Shown here in pieces: positions 32,586 to 33,453 of a stretch of DNA of 33,453 nt. Origin of the DNA: Psammoneis japonica (taxonomy: Eukaryota); contig QPGO01000163.1 of NCBI GenBank assembly GCA_008632985.1, positions 124,001 to 157,453 of the forward strand, given 5' to 3'. Under the pieces are notes generated by a model that searched no databases, was not told the DNA's origin, and saw only the letters and a program-made list of their open reading frames with translations. Position numbers and translations under genes: made by a program. Each line of letters opens with the position of its first letter. The stretch's first letter is position 1.

Positions 32586-33453
32586 ACAAGTGCCATTTAG
32601 GAGTCATTGTGCTTTCAGCGATGAGAATGCCTCGCCACATCTTTTTTTTTTAATGTGTGTTTTCAACAAATGGAAATTCACACATGTGTGTTGTGCTGTG
32701 CCATTGGTTTAGCGACAAAACACGACAATTGACGGCGATTGTACATTGTCGGGGATTGACAATTTTGAAAAGATGGTCTTGAGATGGCGGATTCGGGTGA
32801 ATGAGACAGGCACATGTGCTCCATGACTGTGTGCCTCTCTGACACATGTGTGTCAACTGACGCGTTGGACACACCGAGAACCGTTGGGTTTGTCCCCATC
32901 AGCGATGATCGGGTCTCTCCTCGGTTTTCTCACAACCTTTGTCAAGTCATCTCAAGCTAGATCTTGCACTGTATTGCAGTCATTGTTGTGGCTTGTTCAT
33001 TGCATTGTCAGTTTTGTGACAACGCGAAGAGTGCTCGTGCAGAAAAATTTCATTCAAAATCGATCAGAATCGCAGCGCAATCATGCTCGTGAAATTGGCG
33101 ATTCGGAGCAACGTTGTTTGAACTCGAGCTCTTGTTGCTGCTGTTGAATTCGTTCTTGTTTGGTTGTTGATTGTTCTCATTGTGGATCAATTGGGAGTGC
33201 CTTGTTTCATTTATCTTGTGGATCATTGATTGTTTGATTGCTGAAATTGTTCATCGCCATTGTAAGAAGCCTTGGAGAAAGCGGTGTTGAGTGTAAGATG
33301 ACCAAAATTCGTGGATTCTGAGTTGCAGGAAGTGAACTCAATCACCTTTGATGATGGCACCAAACTCTCAAAAATGTGTCCTGTTTTACAGGAGAGCATG
33401 GAATTGAATCATCATTGCACGTGGAGGACAGGTTCCGGAAGGTGGCAAGACAA

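Noticed and set aside
32740..33453. Penelope-like RT fragment on the minus strand (IIADGDK resembling ADKN)
   Set aside because: A single weak motif with stops nearby is insufficient support.

Overview
Eukaryotic, transposon-dense sequence, most likely from a diatom. This is inferred from the copia RT motif ALQG[CL]ESARL, which resembles the diatom LQGHPESPRLW, and from diatom-type DDE transposase remnants. Only one gene looks compositionally normal: a P-loop NTPase + PD-(D/E)xK nuclease-like (Crinkler-related) ORF at 834-3437 on the minus strand. The rest comprises copia remnants, a Dada/DUF6729-like DDE transposase present twice around a 191-N gap, a decayed PIF/Harbinger transposase, three copies of a MITE with GAC..GTC ends and 4-bp TSDs, hairpin elements and satellites. 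The most striking signal is a mutational process rather than a gene. Repeat-derived DNA has lost nearly all TpA dinucleotides by TA->TG / TA->CA (A->G at TpA on either strand), the opposite polarity to fungal RIP. It turns Tyr into Cys or His, removes TAA/TAG stops and spares the host-like gene. Its boundary lies at different positions in the two transposase copies, and it appears to avoid TAGA/TCTA and TTAA contexts. All alignments and counts were made by eye; no database searches were run.
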